NCBI RefSeq assembly: GCF_001194135.2
Contig: NC_068982.1
Span: 33,948,196 to 33,989,290 of the forward strand
Direction of reading: 5' to 3'
DNA from: Octopus bimaculoides
Lineage: Eukaryota
Length of the DNA stretch: 41,095 nucleotides
In this document: piece by piece, positions 1-41,095 of the stretch
How positions within the stretch are numbered: position 1 is the first letter of the stretch
How the letters are laid out: every line of letters starts with the position of its first letter
Program-made: the position numbers and the translations under genes
Notes under the pieces: model-generated
Database searches by the model: none
What the model saw: only the letters and a program-made list of their open reading frames with translations
What the model was told of the DNA's origin: nothing

Positions 1-1040
1 AAAAAAATTTTTGTATTCGAATTTATTTCATGTAAAAAATTGTCTTATTTTGATAATTTTTACTAGTCACTGACATCTATTCAGTTGAAAACAGTTAGCG
101 CTGTAACGGTGTATATCGTATTAATCCCCTAACCCTAACCCTAACCCTAACTAGACTGTTAACCCTAACCCTAACACTAACCCTAACCCTAACCCTAACA
201 CTAAAACTAACCCTAACTCTCGAATCCGAACTCTAAAATTGTTACACACATAGATACGCAAAGCGTAATTTATTATATAAACAATATATGCGTATAAATT
301 ACGATTAAACCGGATGAAATATGTCACAGGGAATAACATTTTTATGACCGGCCAGCAGTAACTCTATTCAGCTGAATAGACGTCAGTGATTGGTTAAAAT
401 TACAGAAATACGACAACTTTAACATGGAATAACTTGCGATGTACGTTTTTTTGTTAAGAAGACTAAGAGAAAAAGATGTTTTATATGACACATTCTACCA
501 GTGTCCCAAGTTTCAAAGTGTTTCGTTAGTGTTTCGTTAAGAAAATACTGGTGCCCCCGTTTTGAACTAGATCCCGAGTTTGGAACGAAATCAAACCTGG
601 AGTGTGTGAATGAGAGAGAGAGAACATTGCAAAGAATGAATGAGATGAACATGGAACGCCCAAAAATCGTATAAATAAAAGCACGTTAAAAACTATCTTG
701 TACGGAATATTTAAATTTATGAACTTCGTAAATATGTCTTTCAGTAATTGATGGTAGTTGTTTACAGAAAGCGAACATTAAAAGTAGAGAGTGAGAGACG
801 TCGCCGTTTTTTCACGTCCGTACCGGAAGTTGACATTGAGAAACCTTTTTAAAGAAGTGAATCTTAAATATAAAGCAATATTATTTATTTTTAATTAGAG
901 ATAAAAAAAATCAAATGAAGAGCCTAAGATTTATCCGAGGTCAAATTATTTATGTATCACAAGTATGGAAGTAAATAGTGAAGCCGTTTTCACGTGAAAA
1001 GCGATTACACACACACCTCTGTTTTATATATAGTATAGAT
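1..1040 (+). mobile_element. Putative non-autonomous rolling-circle-type (Helitron/Helentron-HINE-like) element; 5' end outside window
   Basis: CpG-rich relative to the flanks; inverted arms at ~37-90 and ~368-421; internal (TAACCC)n; palindrome ttttcacgtgaaaa (987-1000) shortly before the terminus ttttatatatagtatagat. Class inferred from architecture only. Confidence 0.45.
127..217 (-). repeat. Interstitial telomere-like array (TTAGGG)n, degenerate
   Basis: About 13 TAACCC/TAACAC-type units read directly, interrupted by tagactgt. Confidence 0.9.
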
Positions 1041-1735
1041 ATAGATGTAGATATGTCATTCAGTTTTTAATCACGGTATCTTTTAACCTAGTTCCCACCT
1101 ACTCTTATTTTTCCTTGTCTTTATTCTTGTACTTTCCCTCCTCTTCCTTTCTCACTCTCTTCTTCCCCCTCACTTTCTTCTTAGCTTCTATGCATTTCTC
1201 TTCTTGTTTCTTCTGTGAATGCAAATCTCCTTCCCTTGCAGCTAACTCATATATGTATTTTTATTTTTGCATTCTTTTTTCATACTTGTTTGTGATACTC
1301 ATTCAGCTTTTATAACTTTTAATTTTGATTTTAATATTTATCACTTAAAATATTTTTCTTTAACTTCTAATTTCTAAACGGGCCTTTTTCATTTGCTATA
1401 TTTCTTATATATAGGCAAATTCCTCAAGTATAGGCAAATTATATTACCAAGTTTTTAATTCATTTTCACTTGCTTTTAATGCATGTATTTTTCCATTATA
1501 GTCATTTGTTTGACTTCCTGTTATTTTGAACAGTAATAAAGCTCTGCCCAATCAACTTTAAATGTTTAAATGTAATAAAAAATTATTACTTCATTGCTTA
1601 TTAATACTTATAAACCATAAACTGTTCTGAGTACTCATGGTTGTCAAATGATTGGTTATGTGAAACTTTGAATTACAGTTTGTGAAGTCTTTTCACCTTC
1701 AATAAAACACTATATATACATGTATATGTATATAT

Positions 1736-3084
1736 ACAAGAGTGGACCAAAGAGTTCATAATTTGACTGTGAAGGAGTGATGCTAGAGCTATGAAATCTT
1801 GCATGCATTAATTTTAACTCTTCTTCAAATTACGCCGAGGTTGACATTGCCTTTTATCTTTCAGGTTGATAAATTAAGTACCTGTCACATACTGGGGTCA
1901 ATCTAATCAATTGGCTCCCTCCTCCAAAATTTCAGGCCTTGTGCCTAGAGTAGAAAAGAATTTTAACTCTTATTAATAACTGCATTGTTTCATTCCAGGT
2001 AAACTGACTTCTCACTGTTCAAAGAAGACTTCAAAAGTAACTAGTAGCAACTTCTCTTGAAAATTGACAAAATTTGGCATTGTGGTGTTATCAAGTACCT
2101 TCAGAAAAAGGATATAACCCCACCCTCCCAATGACATTTATGCTGATATGGTTCCTACATTAAGGGATGACACTCCAGCTTTATCAACAGTGTAAAAGTG
2201 GGCAGCTGAATTTAGCAGAGAAAGAGAGAGCCTTGAAGATGACCCAAAGTCTGGGCAACCTACAACTGCCACCACTGACGAAAACATTGGTTGTGTTCAC
2301 CACATGGTGATGGATGACAAGCGACTGACTATAAATCAAATAGCCAATGCTATTAGCATATCGTATGAGTGAATTGAGAATATTATGCACAATGAACTTG
2401 GCATGACAAAGGTTTCTGCTTTGTGGGAGCCATGTCTTCTGACATCTGATCAAAAGTGCACCAGGCTGATCACATCACAGGAAAATCTGACATTGTTTGA
2501 GGCAGATCCAGCTGGTTTCCTTGAATGTTTCCTGAGCCAGGATTTGTGTTGGCTTCATCACTTTGAGTCAGTGACAAAGAAACAATCTACACAATGGAAA
2601 CACTCTGCTTGCCTGCTTCAAAGAAGGCCAAGGTCATTTTATCTGCAGAGAAGGTGATGCCTTCAGTTGTTTGTCATGGAAAAGGCATTGAGTTTATTGG
2701 CTATCTCCAAAAGTGGAGAGTACTATGCCAACTTGCTGAGGTAGTTGTGACAGGCTGTCAAAACCAAACACTCAGGAAAACTGACAAAAGAGGTCTTCTT
2801 TCTTCAGAACAATGCTCCAGCACACAAATCCTTGATTTCAATAGCTTCTGTGCCTGACTATGGCTTTGAATTGGTTGATCACTCTCCCTATTCTCCTGAT
2901 TTGACTCAATCTGACTATCATCTGTTCCCCAACATGTAAAAAACACCTGGCTGATAACTAGTATTGCAGTGATGATGGCATCATATTTGCTGTTGATGAC
3001 TTTTTTGACCAACAGGATGATGACTTCTTCACCAGTGAGATACAAGCACTCCAACACCAATAGGAAAAGTGTGTGGACTGCAAG
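1736..3084 (+). mobile_element. Degenerate mariner (DD34D, SETMAR-like) transposon; right end lost in gap
   Basis: Frameshifted fragments HNELGMTKVSALWEPCLLT (WVPR-like), QDLCWLHH, KKAKV.LSAEKVM, QNNAPAH and YSPDL..SDYHLFPNM; contains stops and frameshifts. Confidence 0.93.
1823..1959 (+). mobile_element. SINE family B, 5'-truncated, inserted into the mariner
   Basis: Core gccttt..atctttcaggttgataaattaagtacc; perfect 12-bp TSD attttaactctt (1811-1822 / 1960-1971). Confidence 0.9.
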
Positions 3085-3285
3085 NNNNNNNNNNNNNNNN
3101 NNNNNNNNNNNNNNNNNNNNNNNNNNNNNNNNNNNNNNNNNNNNNNNNNNNNNNNNNNNNNNNNNNNNNNNNNNNNNNNNNNNNNNNNNNNNNNNNNNNN
3201 NNNNNNNNNNNNNNNNNNNNNNNNNNNNNNNNNNNNNNNNNNNNNNNNNNNNNNNNNNNNNNNNNNNNNNNNNNNNNNNNNNNNN
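3085..3285. other. Assembly gap (others at 7741-7951, 12554-12869, 15063-15090, 21216-21457, 25273-25282, 30763-31375, 33781-34658)
   Basis: N runs, mostly flanked by (TA)n or (CA)n microsatellites. Confidence 1.
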
Positions 3286-3318
<33 letters not shown>

Positions 3319-3329
3319 GTATATATATT

Positions 3330-3475
3330 GATAGGAAGGACAAAAAAAGAAAGAAAGAGACCTCGATATTATGTAAATAGAGAAATTTATCTGTAAAAAT
3401 ATGTGACACTTATTCGGTAGCCATGATAAAACTCCGAGTTTCGGATGCTGCGGTGGGAGCCCACGCCAACATCTC
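3330..3475 (-). mobile_element. Short CpG-rich insert within (TA)n; possible Penelope-like pLTR remnant with partial hammerhead core
   Basis: The minus strand reads ATGA-gatgttg..cagcatc-c-GAAAC-tc-g-gagtt; flanked by (TA)n on both sides. Confidence 0.35.
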
Positions 3476-4402
3476 ATATATATATATATACATATACACA
3501 TACACGCATGCACGTATGTATACTCACAAATATATGTGTATATATATGTTTATAGATATAATAAAAAGAATGAGCTTATTGCTGTCAAGTGTTTTAGTGG
3601 CTGCACTGTTGGAAGATAAAATGAATTGTGGTAGGAATTGAAAGCAGATCATAGAAGAATGTAAACATTGTAAGGAATTTAGTCGGGTATTCTACTATTT
3701 CTGCCAATAATCTAAGAGATGAATAATTACACTGATAACATTGTTACATATATAAATATACAGAGCAGTCATGTGCAAACTTTGGCCCATGGGACTTTTT
3801 AAAAGTCCCAAGGGTGCTAAGGAAAATTACCTTGAATTTTTTAGTAGCGTGGCCCACCTAGTGATGGGTTGTGTCTTATACAGCCTACCTCTTGCAAAAG
3901 GTTGCTCATGCTTGATATGTAAACTGATTAATTAAAGATCACTGTACATTTGTATAACGTTATGACCTTAGATGTTTAGGCTTAAATGCACCAGTACTGC
4001 TTCTTGAATGGTGGTAAGGTTATTGTAGTAGTAGTAATAAAAGTAATAATTGTTGTAATTATAGATAAACTGATATTGGTAGGGAAGATAGCAATACATG
4101 GTTTCATTCGAAGCAAGCTCAATATCTAAAAAGAATTCATAAAGATAGGAGAGAGTATATTTTGGTAGCTAAAGAACTGCTTTTGTAATTTGAGGGAATC
4201 TCTGAAAGAAACTCAAATAAATAATTGCCATTTTTTTCTTGTTTGCAATTTAAAAGACTATTTTGTTAAATAAGTTCAAAAAATTATTCAATCTTTAGTT
4301 TACTTTAAATTATATGAACATTGGGGTTAAATGATTGAAAACTTTGTCTTATTTCTTTTAGTATTTCTACAAGTTTAATGTTTTGTTTCATTTTATTTTA
4401 AG

Positions 4403-40287
<35,885 letters not shown>

Positions 40288-40523
40288 GTAAGAGTGTTTT
40301 TTTTTTTTAATTTTGATCTTGCATATTGTTCATGTGGAATCTTGATTGAACAGTTGGTCTGTAAGCTGGAAGGTTAATAGTACTAATCTTATCATTGGTG
40401 CTCTACTGATCATAAGACTATTATCTCTAAATCTATCTAAGTAACTCTAAATATGTTTTAATTCCTTAGTAGAACTCAGCTTTTTTTTTTTCACTTTTAG
40501 CTCTGAGATCAAATTTTGTGTAG

Positions 40524-40680
40524 ATATGACAGTACAGTTGAGAAACTTGGTTTGCTGTCATGTGGTTTTGAGTTCAGTTCTACTGTGTGACACCTTGGAC
40601 AAGTGTTTTCTTCTCTAGCTCCGGGCTGACTAATGCTCTGTCAGGAATTTGGTAGATAGAAACTGCATGAAAGCCTGTCT
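40524..40680 (+). mobile_element. SINE family D, head half only
   Basis: catgtggttttgagttcagttctactgtgtgacaccttggacaagtg..ggtagatagaaactg. Confidence 0.8.
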
Positions 40681-40885
40681 TATTCTTTTACTAGTTTCAG
40701 TCATTTGACTGTGGCCATGCTGGAGTACCACCTTTAGTCGAACAAGTCAACCCCAAGGACTTATTCTGTGTAAGCCTAGTGCTTATTCTATCAGTCTCTT
40801 TTGCCAAAATGCTAAGTTACAGGGACATAAACACACCAACATCAGTTGTCAAGCGATGGTGGGGGTGACAAACAGACACACATGC

Positions 40886-40936
<51 letters not shown>

Positions 40937-41092
40937 CGACAGGCTTCTTTCAGTTTCTCTCTACTAAATGCTCTCACAAGGCTTTGGTTGGCCCGAGTAG
41001 AAGACACTTGCCCAAGGTACTTCAGAGTAGAACTGAACCCGGAACCATGTAGTTGGTAAGCAAGCTACTTACCAAACAGCCACGCCTGTGCC
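40681..41092 (-). mobile_element. SINE family D, full length
   Basis: Near-identical to 22486-22888, with a complete head (ggcgtggctgtttggtaagtagcttgcttaccaact on the minus strand). Confidence 0.93.
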
Positions 41093-41095
41093 TAT

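Noticed and set aside
127-217. True telomere or chromosome end
   Set aside because: The array is short, degenerate, internal and embedded in a repeat next to myosin exons.
2060-3084. Domesticated SETMAR-like gene
   Set aside because: Multiple stops and frameshifts, second catalytic D changed to N, a SINE insertion upstream, and no SET domain or splice structure.

Overview
This is AT-rich, CpG-depleted, microsatellite-dense animal genomic DNA with 8 assembly gaps. The SINE-like repeats and dense (TA)/(CA)/(TG) arrays look like Octopus (coleoid cephalopod); that assignment is recognition, not a database result. The + strand carries 15 internal GT-AG exons (4403-40287, 1554 nt, 518 codons) of an unconventional myosin motor domain, which the ORF track mostly misses. 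The exons splice in frame, with an intact P-loop (GESGAGKT), switch I (NDNSSRFG), switch II (DIFGFE) and an acidic TEDS residue. The sequence is closest in character to the class III/XVI/XXVIII-related group. Both gene ends lie outside the window, so class and tail domain cannot be fixed here. The introns hold at least five SINE-like families (often with readable TSDs), a DD34D mariner relic, a DD37D maT relic, a CR1/Jockey-like endonuclease relic and two truncated R4/Dong-like retroelements sitting in (TAA)n. They also hold a MITE family, a 1.45-kb long-TIR foldback element, a 289-bp near-perfect palindrome, a hammerhead-like remnant and a probable rolling-circle-type element containing (TTAGGG)n. 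The most notable pattern is a series of intramolecular inverted repeats that would make this pre-mRNA rich in dsRNA, in a lineage known for heavy A-to-I editing. I cannot support a novel multi-gene system; the findings are testable hypotheses. Repeat boundaries are approximate unless a TSD is quoted.
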